Origin: Thermodesulfobacteriota bacterium | GTDB taxonomy: Bacteria > Desulfobacterota_D > UBA1144 > Nemesobacterales > UBA2774 | Assembly (NCBI GenBank): GCA_965216785.1 | Contig: OZ244197.1 | Coordinates: 1,024,001-1,088,000 of the forward strand | Reading direction: 5' to 3' | Length of the DNA: 64,000 bases | Shown: piece after piece, positions 10,708-21,487 of the stretch | How positions within the stretch are numbered: the stretch's first letter is position 1 | Layout of the letters: each line of letters starts with the position of its first letter | Position numbers and translations under genes: made by a program | Notes under the pieces: model-generated | Database searches by the model: none | Seen by the model: only the letters and a program-made list of their open reading frames with translations | What the model was told of the DNA's origin: nothing

Positions 10708-11787
10708 ATGCCTGAATCTATTCCCGAGCCCCTAAAAAAGTATGTAGACCGCTCCGCGCCAAAAGAGCTCCGCTTAACGGCGGCCCGGGGTTTAATACCT
10801 CTAAGCCCAAACGAGCTTGCGCACCTTTTGTACTTACTTACTCAAGACGAGGACAGAGAAGTTGGGGAGGAGGCCAAAAAATCTTTAAGCGAGATACCAG
10901 AAGCGGTAATATCCACGGTACTTTCTGACGTAAATTCACCTCCTGAGGTTCTTGACTATATAGCAAGAACATCGCTTCAGGAAGCGGGGCTTGAGAAAAT
11001 AATCGTGAACAGCTCTACCCCTGATCTCACAATATCCTACCTCGCGGAGCATACAGACTCTCAAAAGCTTCTTGAGCTTATATCAACTAACCACCAGAGA
11101 ATAGTACGTTCATCTGAAATTGTAGAAGCTCTCAGTAAAAATCCCATGGTCAGCCGCTCCACACTTGACAGTGTTATCGATTACCTGAGTCTGTATCTAG
11201 GTGAGGATGCCGATATTCCCGTACGCGCTGATAATATAAGCACGGAAACCACGAGCGAAGATCCGCAAGTTGAGCCAGAGCCCGGCAGCTCGTTTTTAGA
11301 CGAAGCGGAAGTTAACGAAGAGCTCCTTGAAGAAAGCACTGAAGCGCAAGATGATGAAGCGGAAGGCAAGCGTGAAAATATTCAGGTTGAGATTAGTCAA
11401 ATGAGTATTGGCGAGAGAATTAAGCTTGCAATAAAGGGAAACAGGGACGCAAGGACAGCCCTTGTCCGAGACCCTAATAGAATAGTGTCAAGGGCCGTAC
11501 TTAAGAACCCGCGCCTCACAGATACTGAGATTGTGCTCATATCGCAGTCAAAGATAGTTAATGATGAAATACTGAGGGAAATATCCGATACGAGAAAGTG
11601 GTCCAAGATGTATCCTGTGAAGCTTGCGCTTGTCAGTAACCCGAAAACGCCGCCCCACATATCCGTCAATCTGGTAAGGCATCTAAGGGATCATGATCTC
11701 CGCTCTATCATGTGGAGTAAAAACCTCCCCGGTGTAATCACAAGCGCCGCAAAAAATATTATGCACTCAAGAAGAGACAGGAAGTAA
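10708..11787 (+). CDS. Conserved hypothetical protein with helical (LRV/HEAT-like) repeats and an acidic linker
   Basis: Repeated L..NP.TP motifs (AVLKNPRLT, ALVSNPKTPP) and KLAIKGNRDAR segment. Confidence 0.75.
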   Translation: MPESIPEPLKKYVDRSAPKELRLTAARGLIPLSPNELAHLLYLLTQDEDREVGEEAKKSLSEIPEAVISTVLSDVNSPPEVLDYIARTSLQEAGLEKIIVNSSTPDLTISYLAEHTDSQKLLELISTNHQRIVRSSEIVEALSKNPMVSRSTLDSVIDYLSLYLGEDADIPVRADNISTETTSEDPQVEPEPGSSFLDEAEVNEELLEESTEAQDDEAEGKRENIQVEISQMSIGERIKLAIKGNRDARTALVRDPNRIVSRAVLKNPRLTDTEIVLISQSKIVNDEILREISDTRKWSKMYPVKLALVSNPKTPPHISVNLVRHLRDHDLRSIMWSKNLPGVITSAAKNIMHSRRDRK

Positions 11788-11821
11788 GCGGGGTATTCAC
11801 ATGCCCGGTTTATGGTTATAT

Positions 11822-12778
11822 ATGACTGAAGAAAATAAAACGCAGATACTAAAAATAACAAAAGAGCTTTCAGGTAAAAGGGCGGACGTCGTTCTATCTG
11901 AGTTTTTGTCCGAGCAGACGCGATCACAGATTAAAAAGCTCATAGATGACAAGATGATCGTGCTGCAAGACAGGGCTATAAAACCCTCAACTAAATTTGA
12001 CGAGGGCGATGTGGTGCAAATTACTCTGCCCGAGCCTGAGCCGATGGATCTTGCGCCGGAGGATTTGTCTATCGAGCTGCTTTACGAGGATGAATGCATA
12101 GCGGTTGTAAATAAGCCGCCGGGAATGACGGTGCATCCGGGCGCGGGTGTTAAACACGGCACTCTTGTAAACGCGCTTCTTTATAAATGTAAGGACCTGT
12201 CCGGAATCGGTGGGAAGATCAGACCCGGTATAGTGCATAGGCTGGACAAAGATACTTCGGGGGTAATGGTCGTCGCGAAAAATGATAAGGCGCATAACTC
12301 CTTGGTCGAGCAGTTTAAGACAAGAGAAGTCAAAAAGAAATATATCGCCATAGTCGAAGGAAAAGTGAAAACGGACTCTGGTGTGATTGAGTCAGAGATC
12401 GGCAGGCATCCTACGAATAGAATAAAGATGTCCTCTAAAGCTAAAGCAGGAAGAGTTTCTGTTACAAAATGGAAAGCGCTCGAGCGCTACGGCGCCGCAA
12501 CCCTACTCGAGGCCGAGCCCAAAACCGGCAGAACTCACCAGATAAGGGTCCATTTTTCAGAGTCTGGTTATCCTATTTTGGCCGATAAGGTTTACGGAAC
12601 GAAAAAAGTTAGAAACGATGTGCTAAAGAGCGCTTCTAAAATGATGGGAAGACAGGCCCTTCACGCGGCTGAGCTCGGGTTCAAGCATCCGGTCACGGGT
12701 GAGCTCTTAACATTTAAATCACCACTGCCACAAGATATGGAAAACACGATTGAATATTTAAAGCACATTGAAGGATAA
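11822..12778 (+). CDS. rluD: RluA-family 23S rRNA pseudouridine synthase
   Basis: S4 domain, GIVHRLDKDTSG, TGRTHQIRVH; paired with pgeF; start either 11801 or 11822. Confidence 0.92.
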   Translation: MTEENKTQILKITKELSGKRADVVLSEFLSEQTRSQIKKLIDDKMIVLQDRAIKPSTKFDEGDVVQITLPEPEPMDLAPEDLSIELLYEDECIAVVNKPPGMTVHPGAGVKHGTLVNALLYKCKDLSGIGGKIRPGIVHRLDKDTSGVMVVAKNDKAHNSLVEQFKTREVKKKYIAIVEGKVKTDSGVIESEIGRHPTNRIKMSSKAKAGRVSVTKWKALERYGAATLLEAEPKTGRTHQIRVHFSESGYPILADKVYGTKKVRNDVLKSASKMMGRQALHAAELGFKHPVTGELLTFKSPLPQDMENTIEYLKHIEG

Positions 12779-12787
12779 ATTAGATTA

Positions 12788-13471
12788 ATGAAACTTGCCG
12801 AATCAAAGCTCATTTCCTCAATTAAAGGGGTTGCGCACGGGTTCTCCGATAAATCCCTCGGTGATAACGCTTCAGAAATAGCCCGCCTACTTAATTTATC
12901 AAAGATTACTCTCTTAAAGCAGGTACATAGCGACAAAGTGGTTATTGTAGATGATATTAATGCCGAGACCGCCCGCCTGGAAGGGGACGCTTTAGTAACC
13001 GGATTGAGCGGCTTTGGCGTAGGAGTGGCCACAGCAGACTGCGTTCCTATATTGCTGGCGTCCGGCAACGCACGGGTAGTGGCCGCAGTGCACGCGGGGT
13101 GGCGCGGGACATTGAGTGAGATTATCGTCAATACAATCAAGGTTATAAGAGACCGATACGGAATAGAGCCTGAAAACTTAAAGGCCGCGATTGGCCCATC
13201 TATAGGAAAATGCTGTTACGAAGTAGGTGAGGAAGTGGGCTCCGAGTTTAGTGGGAAGTATGAAGATACAAGTGAATATTTGGCTGACAAGGGTAATGGT
13301 AAATACATTCTTGATTTAAAGAGGGCTAACAGTCTACTGCTTAAGAGAGAAGGAATATCGGAAATAGAAGTGCTGGATGTATGCACAAAGTGCAGTGAAG
13401 ATTATTATTCCTACAGAGGAGATGGTAAGGGCACGGGCCGCCAGCTGAGCGTTATCGGTATAGTCCGCTAG
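12788..13471 (+). CDS. pgeF: PgeF/YfiH family protein
   Basis: QVHS, TADCVPIL, HAGWRG and CCYEVG motifs. Confidence 0.93.
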   Translation: MKLAESKLISSIKGVAHGFSDKSLGDNASEIARLLNLSKITLLKQVHSDKVVIVDDINAETARLEGDALVTGLSGFGVGVATADCVPILLASGNARVVAAVHAGWRGTLSEIIVNTIKVIRDRYGIEPENLKAAIGPSIGKCCYEVGEEVGSEFSGKYEDTSEYLADKGNGKYILDLKRANSLLLKREGISEIEVLDVCTKCSEDYYSYRGDGKGTGRQLSVIGIVR

Positions 13472-13557
13472 GCCCTCAAAGTGTGTTAATATTTTTCTGA
13501 GAAGGTATAATGTTTGGAAATTTCGTAGATTTCAATTCAATTTGATTGGAGACAATT

Positions 13558-14016
13558 ATGCTTCAGATAATGTGCTGGGTCGATTCGGAAGACTATTGGT
13601 ATTTAAACTCGATGAACGAGAAAAAAGAAGCTATAGATTACTACGTTTACCGCTTTGTAGTTGAGGGCGGGGGCGAGGGTATGGGCAGCAGCGCTATAAC
13701 TCTTTTGGTCGCGGAGTTTAATAACGCCAAGATGTCGGTTGGTTTTGTAATCCCAAACGATTTTAAGCTCGATAAGGACATAACTTTCAGGTTTATCTGT
13801 AACGACAGCCCCTCAAACGATATCGCGGTTGAGACAAAGCTTTCCGAAGAGGTGAAAAAAGCGTCTTATATGGGTAATGATCACGAAAAAATCGAGTACA
13901 TAGGCTTTACGCTAGAGAAGTTTTACGAAGGTCATGACGCGAAATTCTATCTGAACGATCTAAGGCCAAAGACTGAAAATAGCAGCGAGGAAAGTGGGGA
14001 AGGCCCTCAGCCTTAA
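13558..14016 (+). CDS. Hypothetical protein
   Basis: Open frame with GGAG RBS before ATG 13558; no recognised motif. Confidence 0.7.
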   Translation: MLQIMCWVDSEDYWYLNSMNEKKEAIDYYVYRFVVEGGGEGMGSSAITLLVAEFNNAKMSVGFVIPNDFKLDKDITFRFICNDSPSNDIAVETKLSEEVKKASYMGNDHEKIEYIGFTLEKFYEGHDAKFYLNDLRPKTENSSEESGEGPQP

Positions 14017-14155
14017 CCGCGCTAAATCGTCTAATCAAGTTGTTCTTAACTCGAAAAAATAACAGATTCTAAAGGTACTTGGACTGACCCGGTTTTAATC
14101 TCGTTACGGCGATTTATGTTCCAGGGTCAAATGGTTTAGGGAGGAATTATAAGAT

Positions 14156-15364
14156 ATGAGTGATACTAAAAAAATAGTGCTGGCTTACTCGGGGGGGCTG
14201 GACACCTCGGTTATTCTGAAGTGGCTTGCCGAGGAGTACGAGGCGGAGGTGATAGCCTACGTTGCAGACGTGGGACAGGGGGAAGACCTTGAAGAGGTAA
14301 GAGAGAAAGCGATCAGTACGGGCGCAAGTAAAGTGTATATAGAGGATTTAAAGGAAGAGTTTGTAAAGGACTTCGTATTCACAGCTATAAAAGCGGGCAG
14401 TATTTACGAAGGGACTTATCTTCTCGGCACCTCGCTTGCCCGCCCGCTAATCGCAAAGAGGCAGATAGAGATAGCAAACGAAGAAAATGCATTTGCAGTC
14501 TCTCACGGCTCCACGGGGAAAGGGAACGATCAGGTGCGGTTCGAGCTCACTTACTACGCTCTTGATCCGCAGATACAGGTGATCGCCCCCTGGCGGGATT
14601 GGAACCTTAACTCGAGAACCGCGCTATTAGCGTACGCAGAGAAGAATGGGATTCCTGTACCGGTGACTCAGAAAAAACCCTATAGCTGCGACAGAAACCT
14701 GCTTCATATAAGCTACGAAGGGGGGATACTCGAAGACCCGTGGTCTGAGGCCCCTGAGGATATGTTCGAGATGACGGTGTCTCCGGAGAACGCTCCAGAC
14801 GAAGCGGTTTTTATAGATATAGATTTTGAGAACGGCGAGGCGGTAAAATTGGACGGAAAAGCCCTTAGCCCGGCTGAGCTGCTGGGCACGCTTAATAAAA
14901 TCGGGGGAGCAAACGGCGTAGGCCGTGTGGATATGGTAGAGAACCGTTTTGTCGGGATGAAATCGAGAGGGGTGTATGAAACCCCCGGCGGCACAATATT
15001 ACTTGCTGCCCACAGAGCGCTTGAATCTCTCACGATGGACCGTGAAGTGATGCACTTAAGAGACGGTCTTATGCCTAAAATCGCAGAGCTCATATACTAC
15101 GGGTTCTGGTACTCGCCCGAAATGGATATGCTTAAAGCAGCGGTCGATGAGTCTCAAAAGAACGTCACCGGAACGGTGAAGCTTAAGATTTATAAGGGAA
15201 ACGTGATTATTGCCGGAAGGAAATCTCCTTACTCGCTCTATCAGGAAGACCTGGCTACTTTTGAGGAAGACAGCATTTACGATCAGTCAGACGCTACCGG
15301 ATTCATAAAGCTAAACGCGCTCAGGCTGTCCGTCAGGAAAATGCTCGAAAAAAAGGGCGGTTGA
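14156..15364 (+). CDS. argG: Argininosuccinate synthase
   Basis: [19 protein letters not shown] and [11 protein letters not shown] motifs. Confidence 0.98.
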   Translation: MSDTKKIVLAYSGGLDTSVILKWLAEEYEAEVIAYVADVGQGEDLEEVREKAISTGASKVYIEDLKEEFVKDFVFTAIKAGSIYEGTYLLGTSLARPLIAKRQIEIANEENAFAVSHGSTGKGNDQVRFELTYYALDPQIQVIAPWRDWNLNSRTALLAYAEKNGIPVPVTQKKPYSCDRNLLHISYEGGILEDPWSEAPEDMFEMTVSPENAPDEAVFIDIDFENGEAVKLDGKALSPAELLGTLNKIGGANGVGRVDMVENRFVGMKSRGVYETPGGTILLAAHRALESLTMDREVMHLRDGLMPKIAELIYYGFWYSPEMDMLKAAVDESQKNVTGTVKLKIYKGNVIIAGRKSPYSLYQEDLATFEEDSIYDQSDATGFIKLNALRLSVRKMLEKKGG

Positions 15365-15374
15365 AAGGGGCTTC

Positions 15375-16382
15375 ATGAAAACGTCTGATTTTGACTACGT
15401 ACTGCCAGATGAGAGAATCGCTTACCACCCTTTAAAAGATAGACAAAACTCAAAGCTTATGGTCCTTGATAGGCAGGATCGTAGTATTCTCCACAAAAGA
15501 TTCTACGAGCTTACAGAGCTGCTACGTCAGGGAGACTTGTTAATATTTAATAACACAAAGGTGATCCCGGCCCGTATTTTCGGTAAAAAGAAATCGGGGG
15601 CAGAGATAGAAGTACTGCTTCTTGAGCGCATTGATGGAAACAAGTGGAAGTGTCTTGCAAGAAATCCTAAAGAAGGGGCCCAGCTTGAGTTCGAACAAGG
15701 GGTAACGGGCAGGCTTAGCAGCTTGAACAGCAGTGAATGGACTATAGAATTCAGCGAAGATGTCTCCGCATTCTTAAATAAGCATGGGCGGATGCCGCTT
15801 CCTCCGTATATAAAAAGAGAAGCGGAAGAAGCGGACAAAGTTACGTATCAGACTGTTTACGCACAGAGGGAGGGCGCCGCCGCGGCTCCTACAGCGGGAC
15901 TCCATTTTACCCCCGGGCTTATAGAAGAGATGGAAAAAAGGGGTATAGAGACAGGGTACGTCACGCTCCACGTAGGGCTTGGCACGTTCTTGCCCGTGAA
16001 GGACGAGAATATTGCAGACCACGTTATGCATAGCGAGTATATAGAGGTGCCGGAGCGAACCGCTGCCCTGGTGAATGAAGCGAAGCGTGAAGGTCGCAGG
16101 GTGATAGCCGTAGGTACAACTGTGGTAAGGACGCTTGAGTCTTGTGTTAATGAGGAGGGCCGGGTTCATGAAAACTCCGGCAGGACGGAGCTTTTTATTA
16201 CGCCCGGGTTTAAGTTTAAAGTTGTGGACGCACTGATTACGAATTTTCATCTCCCGCGCTCAACACTACTGATGCTGGTGTCGGCTTTTGCGGGTAAGGA
16301 GTTTATATTTAAGGCTTACGAAGAAGCGCTTCTCGGAGACTACAGGTTTCTTAGCTACGGGGACGCTATGTTTATATGCTAG
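15375..16382 (+). CDS. queA: tRNA preQ1 SAM ribosyltransferase-isomerase
   Basis: PLPPYI, AAPTAGLHF, TNFHLPRSTL and SYGDAM motifs. Confidence 0.97.
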   Translation: MKTSDFDYVLPDERIAYHPLKDRQNSKLMVLDRQDRSILHKRFYELTELLRQGDLLIFNNTKVIPARIFGKKKSGAEIEVLLLERIDGNKWKCLARNPKEGAQLEFEQGVTGRLSSLNSSEWTIEFSEDVSAFLNKHGRMPLPPYIKREAEEADKVTYQTVYAQREGAAAAPTAGLHFTPGLIEEMEKRGIETGYVTLHVGLGTFLPVKDENIADHVMHSEYIEVPERTAALVNEAKREGRRVIAVGTTVVRTLESCVNEEGRVHENSGRTELFITPGFKFKVVDALITNFHLPRSTLLMLVSAFAGKEFIFKAYEEALLGDYRFLSYGDAMFIC

Positions 16383-16395
16383 AGAGGAGTGTTAA

Positions 16396-17652
16396 GTGCA
16401 AGTAAAAATAGAAAGCTTGGCCGCTGGCGGCGCCGGAATCGCAAAAGTAGACGGGAAGGTTTATTTCGTTACGGGAGGGCTGCCGGATGACCTTTTGGAA
16501 ATAAAGGTAGTAAGGGATAGGGGGAAGTTCGCAGAGGCCGTGATAACTGAGATTGTTGAGCCCTCAGAGCACAGAGTAGAGGCCCCGTGCCCTGTTTTCG
16601 ATAGCTGCGGCGGGTGTCAGCTCCAGACTTTGGATTATGACTCACAGCTAAGGGAAAAAGAGAGTATAACCTGTGAAACACTTAGAAGAATTGGAGGTTT
16701 TGAGAATTTTGATATAGAGCCTATAAAAGCCTCTGCTGAGCACTACGGCTACAGAAACCGGGTAACTCTGAGCACTTTCTTTTATTCCGGGATGTGGCAT
16801 ATCGGATATAATCAGAAGAGGAGTAACCGTAAGGTTAAAATAGAGGGCTGCCCGGTGTCGGATAACCTGATTGAATCTGCGATAGGGCGTTTGTCCGGCG
16901 TACTGTCGTCAATAAGTGATCCTTCATACTCACTTGAAAAAGTTCATATCTCTTCAAACGGTCTCAAGCCATACATCACATTGGTCACTAAGCAGGGTAG
17001 GAGGCCCGATACGCTGAATGTGCTGATAAAGCATCTTAAGCGATATGAGGAGACAGAGAACATATCTGTATTGGGTCAGAGAGAGGTCGAGTTTGAGTAC
17101 GAGAGCGCCGGGTTTACATTTATATCAAGGCCCTCTGTATTCGCTCAGGCTAACTACAGCGTGAATGCGGCAATGGTGGAGACGGTTGTCGAATGGGCCG
17201 GTAGTGATGGCGCAGACCGTATTCTTGATCTTTATTGCGGGACAGGGAATTTCTCTTTACCCCTTTCCCGGCAAGCGCTCTCAGTGGACGCCGTCGAGAT
17301 TAACCGAAGCGCGGTGAACCTGGCGAAAAGGAGCGCCCGGTTGAACAAGATAGATAATATCTCCTTTCATGTCTCTCCCTCGGGCCATTACATACAGGAG
17401 CTCGATAAGGACAATAGCAAGTTTGATACAGTTGTGCTTGATCCGCCGAGAGAAGGGGCCAAGGAAACCCTGGAAGGTATAGCGAGGCTCGCGCCTTCTA
17501 AAATCATCTACGTATCGTGTGATCCGGCGACACTGGCGCGGGACTTAAAGAGCTTGGCTGCTTTCGGGTACGAGCTTACCGCAGTCCGTCCCTTCGATAT
17601 GTTCCCCCAAACCTCGCATATAGAATCTGCATCATTATTAGTGGGCGCTTAA
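16396..17652 (+). CDS. rlmD: 23S rRNA (uracil-5)-methyltransferase
   Basis: TRAM domain, CxxxxxCGGC, LDPPR, YVSCDPATLARD and DMFPQT motifs. Confidence 0.93.
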   Translation: MQVKIESLAAGGAGIAKVDGKVYFVTGGLPDDLLEIKVVRDRGKFAEAVITEIVEPSEHRVEAPCPVFDSCGGCQLQTLDYDSQLREKESITCETLRRIGGFENFDIEPIKASAEHYGYRNRVTLSTFFYSGMWHIGYNQKRSNRKVKIEGCPVSDNLIESAIGRLSGVLSSISDPSYSLEKVHISSNGLKPYITLVTKQGRRPDTLNVLIKHLKRYEETENISVLGQREVEFEYESAGFTFISRPSVFAQANYSVNAAMVETVVEWAGSDGADRILDLYCGTGNFSLPLSRQALSVDAVEINRSAVNLAKRSARLNKIDNISFHVSPSGHYIQELDKDNSKFDTVVLDPPREGAKETLEGIARLAPSKIIYVSCDPATLARDLKSLAAFGYELTAVRPFDMFPQTSHIESASLLVGA

Positions 17653-18512
17653 TATGAGAAGCTGTCGCTGGGGACACTCTTAACTGCTGTGTACGTTTTC
17701 TCCTGGTACTCCTTGGTTTTATAGTCATAGATTTTATATTTTTCGGTTAGATACTCCTTTTGTATAGCGCTAAAAGCCTCCCTGGCAAGCTCTTTTCTGC
17801 ATACCTTCTCCTCTGTTCCTATCGGTTCCAGAACAGATAGTTCTACGTCGATTGATTTTAGAGACAAGAGCTTGAACAGATGCTTAAAGAAAGTGATCTT
17901 GCCGTAAAAGAATACGGAAAACATATTTTCTGTTGATAGCGCTTCTCCGTTTGCTTTCGTATATTTTATACATGTGGGTAGAACGTCCGCGCGCGATAGC
18001 TGAGGCGTGCGGAAAAAGGGAGTTTTGAACGGCAGCATTCCCGTTCCGTCAGACGTTGTGCCTTCCGGGAAGAGTACTACGTTGAATCCCATGTCCATGA
18101 TGCTGGAAATTTCCTCTATCTCTTTCAAAATCCCCCACTTCCATCTTCTCTCTATAAAAACCCCGCCTGAAAGCTCGGTAATCTTTCCTAGTATTAAATT
18201 CTCCTTAACCCCGTCTACGCTTGCTACGAACACGGAGGGAAGGGCTGAGGAAATAACAAAGATGTCCAGGTATGAGAGGTGGTTCGCGGGTACAAAGAAG
18301 CTCTTGGCAGAGGAGTATGAAGAATGAATTTTAGTATCTACTCTTACGGCCAGAGCTTTTAGCAGCATACGGCACCACTGCGAGCTTAGCCTCGTGGTCA
18401 GGGTAAGTTTTTTCTTTTTATCTTTTATGAAAAGCGACAGCGGGTAGGTAACTAAAAAAAAGGAAAGAAGGAGCAGAGCGCAGAGGAAAAATCTATAGAG
18501 CTTTCTAACCAT
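17649..18512 (-). CDS. Lysophospholipid acyltransferase (PlsC family; probable OlsA-like)
   Basis: NHLSYLD and FPEGTT motifs; overlaps the upstream GNAT gene. Confidence 0.85.
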   Translation of the reverse strand: MVRKLYRFFLCALLLLSFFLVTYPLSLFIKDKKKKLTLTTRLSSQWCRMLLKALAVRVDTKIHSSYSSAKSFFVPANHLSYLDIFVISSALPSVFVASVDGVKENLILGKITELSGGVFIERRWKWGILKEIEEISSIMDMGFNVVLFPEGTTSDGTGMLPFKTPFFRTPQLSRADVLPTCIKYTKANGEALSTENMFSVFFYGKITFFKHLFKLLSLKSIDVELSVLEPIGTEEKVCRKELAREAFSAIQKEYLTEKYKIYDYKTKEYQEKTYTAVKSVPSDSFSY

Positions 18513-19365
18513 TAACCACTTTGTACCTTTTCTCATAAGTGTCGGTCAATATCTGAAGGTCGAGCACCGTGAAAAAGTCGGCGCACTTGAACTTCTTGTC
18601 CAGAGCAGGCTCGCCGCATATCACGGATCCTGCTTTAAGATAGCTCTTGAGCAAAGCGGGGATGAACTGTCTTATGGATTCTGACTTTATATCGAATTTA
18701 TGAAACGCGTCCAGATGGTAGCCGATCTCTTTAAGCTTAAATTTCCCCTTCGGGTATACCCTCATGCTTTCAGGAGACAGATGAAGCTCCTTAATGTATT
18801 TATAGATGAGGCATATCTCGACAATGTTGGTAGTGCTTACGCTCGAGCAGCCGAACAGGTATTTTGCTTCAAGGGTTTTGATGTATTCTGATAACCCTTT
18901 CCAGAGAAGAGCGATCGCGGTGCCGTTACGGTAGTCTCTGTGAACGCATGCCCTTCCGAGCTCAATCTTAATTCCCGCCGCTTCCTTAACGCTGTCTATG
19001 GAGAATTCGGTTTCTGAGTAAAAACTGTCTGAGAATTCCGAGGATATAAGTCTGTATGTCCCCACTACTTTATTTATATTCTTGTCTATGATAATCAGAT
19101 GGTCGGACAGGAGATCGAATTTATCGATATCTATCCCAGTCAAAGTATCTTTATTTAAAGTCTCTCTGTAGAACACTTCGTAGCGCAGCTCAAGCGCCTT
19201 CTCGAGCTCGATTATATTATCAACCGTTTTAATTATGTATTTCCTACTGTCGATAAAGAGCCTTACCTTGGGTTTGAATTCGCGCATCTTCCAGTAAATC
19301 GCGCGCTTAAGCACGCCTGCGTTGGTGACTCTGTCTTTAAGAGAAATGACTTTATCTGCTAACAT
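18505..19365 (-). CDS. GNAT N-acyltransferase (OlsB-like amino-lipid synthase)
   Basis: LRYEVF, DIDKFD, VGTYRL, YSETEF and ELGRACVHRDYRNG motifs; GAGGAG RBS supports a start at 19365, not 19599. Confidence 0.85.
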   Translation of the reverse strand: MLADKVISLKDRVTNAGVLKRAIYWKMREFKPKVRLFIDSRKYIIKTVDNIIELEKALELRYEVFYRETLNKDTLTGIDIDKFDLLSDHLIIIDKNINKVVGTYRLISSEFSDSFYSETEFSIDSVKEAAGIKIELGRACVHRDYRNGTAIALLWKGLSEYIKTLEAKYLFGCSSVSTTNIVEICLIYKYIKELHLSPESMRVYPKGKFKLKEIGYHLDAFHKFDIKSESIRQFIPALLKSYLKAGSVICGEPALDKKFKCADFFTVLDLQILTDTYEKRYKVVNG

Positions 19366-19408
19366 TCGTCTCTCCTCTGAAATGTCATAGTATAGAAATA
19401 CCACGGTT

Positions 19409-19448
19409 GTATTTATGCAGTGTGAAGCCAGGGTTAAATCTGTGTTTA
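19409..19448 (-). promoter_or_regulatory. Pho-box-like array of four 11-bp-periodic heptamers
   Basis: Minus strand TAAACAC-N4-TTAACCC-N4-TTCACAC-N4-TAAATAC, followed by -10 TATACT at 19389-19394. Confidence 0.6.
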
Positions 19449-19643
19449 ACACTCTTATCGTTATGTCTGTAACGTGTATAATTTTTATATTGGTCAAAAT
19501 GAGAGAATATGAAACGGCGGGCTTGCTTGAGATGGATGCAGTTTGTAAAAAAAGGCGCCTAATATTAAAATAACCATATATCACAGGTAGACGATACATT
19601 TAAATTTCATAATCTGAGATAGGTATCAATCTCATTTGCTAAC

Positions 19644-20678
19644 ATGAAGATATTATTTGGTATACAGGGAACAGGCAACGGTCATATCTCCCGCTCAAAA
19701 GAGATCGTTAAGGAGCTCATGAAATCCGCCAGCGTCGATGTGCTCTTAAGCGGAACACAGCACGAAGTGAACGTGGATTTTGAGATCAAATACAAATACC
19801 CGGGACTCGGATATACGTTCGGAAAGAGGGGCGGGATTGATTATATGGACTCTTTCAGGACTTTTAGTCCCTATAAGCTGATTTCAAATATCCGGGGGCT
19901 GCCCGTACGTGATTATGATCTTGTAGTTACAGATTTTGAGCCCGTAACAGCATGGGCCTGCAGGGCTAAGGGAGTGCCGTGTATCTCAATTTCACACCAG
20001 GCCGCTTTGCTGTCGCCCAAGACCCCGAGGCCCCAGGAAAAAAACGGTTTTCAGCAGCTGGTGCTCAAGTGGTACGCACCGGGGACTACTTTGATCGGGC
20101 TCCACTTTAAGGAGTATGACGATTTTATTAAAACACCGGTCATACGTAAGGAGATGCGCTGTACCGATGTAAGCAACAACGGCCATTATACGGTCTATCT
20201 GCCTTCGTACGATGATAAATTCTTGTGCGGGATCCTGAATAAAATTGACGTGCCCTGGGAAGTATTCTCAAAACATCATAAAGGCCAGTCTTACAGGGAC
20301 GGCAATGTCCGGGTATTTCCTGTGGATGGTAATAAATTTGTGGAGAGCTTCTCAAGCTGTGAGGGGATAATCTCAAACGCGGGGTTCGAGACGCCCTCCG
20401 AGGCTCTTTTCTTCGGCAAAAAACTGTTAGCCATACCGATGCGAAGGCAGTACGAGCAGGAGTGTAACGCCGAGGCGCTTAAGCAGCTGGGCGTAAAAGT
20501 CGTGTATTCGATCGGTCCTGATTTTGACAAAACAGTTGCCGAGTGGATCGAGTCCTCTTTTGTGTATCATGCCGATTACGGGGATAATCTGCCGGAGCTT
20601 GCAGAAATGATTTTAGCGCACGCTACGGATAATGAAGTTGTGGAAGAGCCCCTTACGGTTACAGAGATCGAGCAGTAA
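19644..20678 (+). CDS. Glycosyltransferase (MJ1255/VC2487-like, GT28 C-terminal domain)
   Basis: MKILFGIQGTGNGHISR, TDFEP, NAGFETPSEA and QYEQ..NA motifs. Confidence 0.88.
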   Translation: MKILFGIQGTGNGHISRSKEIVKELMKSASVDVLLSGTQHEVNVDFEIKYKYPGLGYTFGKRGGIDYMDSFRTFSPYKLISNIRGLPVRDYDLVVTDFEPVTAWACRAKGVPCISISHQAALLSPKTPRPQEKNGFQQLVLKWYAPGTTLIGLHFKEYDDFIKTPVIRKEMRCTDVSNNGHYTVYLPSYDDKFLCGILNKIDVPWEVFSKHHKGQSYRDGNVRVFPVDGNKFVESFSSCEGIISNAGFETPSEALFFGKKLLAIPMRRQYEQECNAEALKQLGVKVVYSIGPDFDKTVAEWIESSFVYHADYGDNLPELAEMILAHATDNEVVEEPLTVTEIEQ

Positions 20679-20714
20679 ATATATTAAATAAAGCTTAGTC
20701 CCAATCTATCCGGC

Positions 20715-21287
20715 TCAATTTTCCTCAATATAGTCCTGAAGAAGCGACAGACTCACCAGCTTTTCGGCGATGTTCTTGTACAGCTCGCCTATCTTGAGAA
20801 GGTTGATCACTTCGTCCATGTTCTTCCAGTCCTGGATAAGGTATGTCAGAAGTATTCTCTTGTGCTGATCTTCAAGATGCTCGATATACGTGCAGTCTTC
20901 CTCAAGCTTTTTGGTGTCCAGGTTGTTGGACCAGGAGTCGTATGAGGTAAGACACTTGATGTTGGGCAAAATGACGTCAAGCATCTTCTTCGTATCGAAC
21001 TCCTCCAGCAGTGGCTTTACGGATTTGAGGTTTTCCATCAGGTCTACAGAATCGCTGAATTTATCTATGATCGACAGCATCAGCTTGACCGCGGTCTTGT
21101 AGTTGATGTCACGGTTGTTCTTACAGTCCTCAAGGGCCGCTCTGAGGTTCTCGCCCAGCAGATTTATCTCTTCCCTCAGGGATTTAAGCTCTTCTTCGTC
21201 CCTAGTGGTTATGTAGCTCTTTGATTTAGAGACAAAAGACTCGAATTCACTATCTATTAGCGATCTGTCCAGTGTGCCAGTTCCCAT
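20715..21287 (-). CDS. Helical protein, probable degenerate PhoU-like
   Basis: C-terminal RILLTYLIQDWKNMDEVINLLKIGELYKNIAE resembles the PhoU second repeat. Confidence 0.55.
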   Translation of the reverse strand: MGTGTLDRSLIDSEFESFVSKSKSYITTRDEEELKSLREEINLLGENLRAALEDCKNNRDINYKTAVKLMLSIIDKFSDSVDLMENLKSVKPLLEEFDTKKMLDVILPNIKCLTSYDSWSNNLDTKKLEEDCTYIEHLEDQHKRILLTYLIQDWKNMDEVINLLKIGELYKNIAEKLVSLSLLQDYIEEN

Positions 21288-21350
21288 ATGTAATCACCCC
21301 TCAGTTGATATTGAAACCGAGAGATAATATTACTATATCTGGATATTTTT

Positions 21351-21368
21351 GTGTTAAGATTGTGTTAA
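21351..21368 (-). promoter_or_regulatory. Pho-box-like direct repeat
   Basis: TTAACAC twice at an 11-bp period; -10 TATAGT at 21332-21337. Confidence 0.6.
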
Positions 21369-21445
21369 GATAGTGTGGCCTTTAGATATTTATTTAAATG
21401 CAGGCCGTATGTTGTGTTTTGTCTGAGAAGATTTGAAAGAGCAAT

Positions 21446-21487
21446 AAAAACGGGTGAGTCCCGCGGGTCAAGACCCACCCTGTTTTT
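21446..21487. terminator. Intrinsic terminator hairpin
   Basis: AAAAACGGGTGAGTC...GACCCACCCTGTTTTT. Confidence 0.7.

Noticed and set aside
19366-19599. N-terminal extension of the OlsB-like ORF
   Set aside because: Spans the promoter and box array; the RBS supports a start at 19365.
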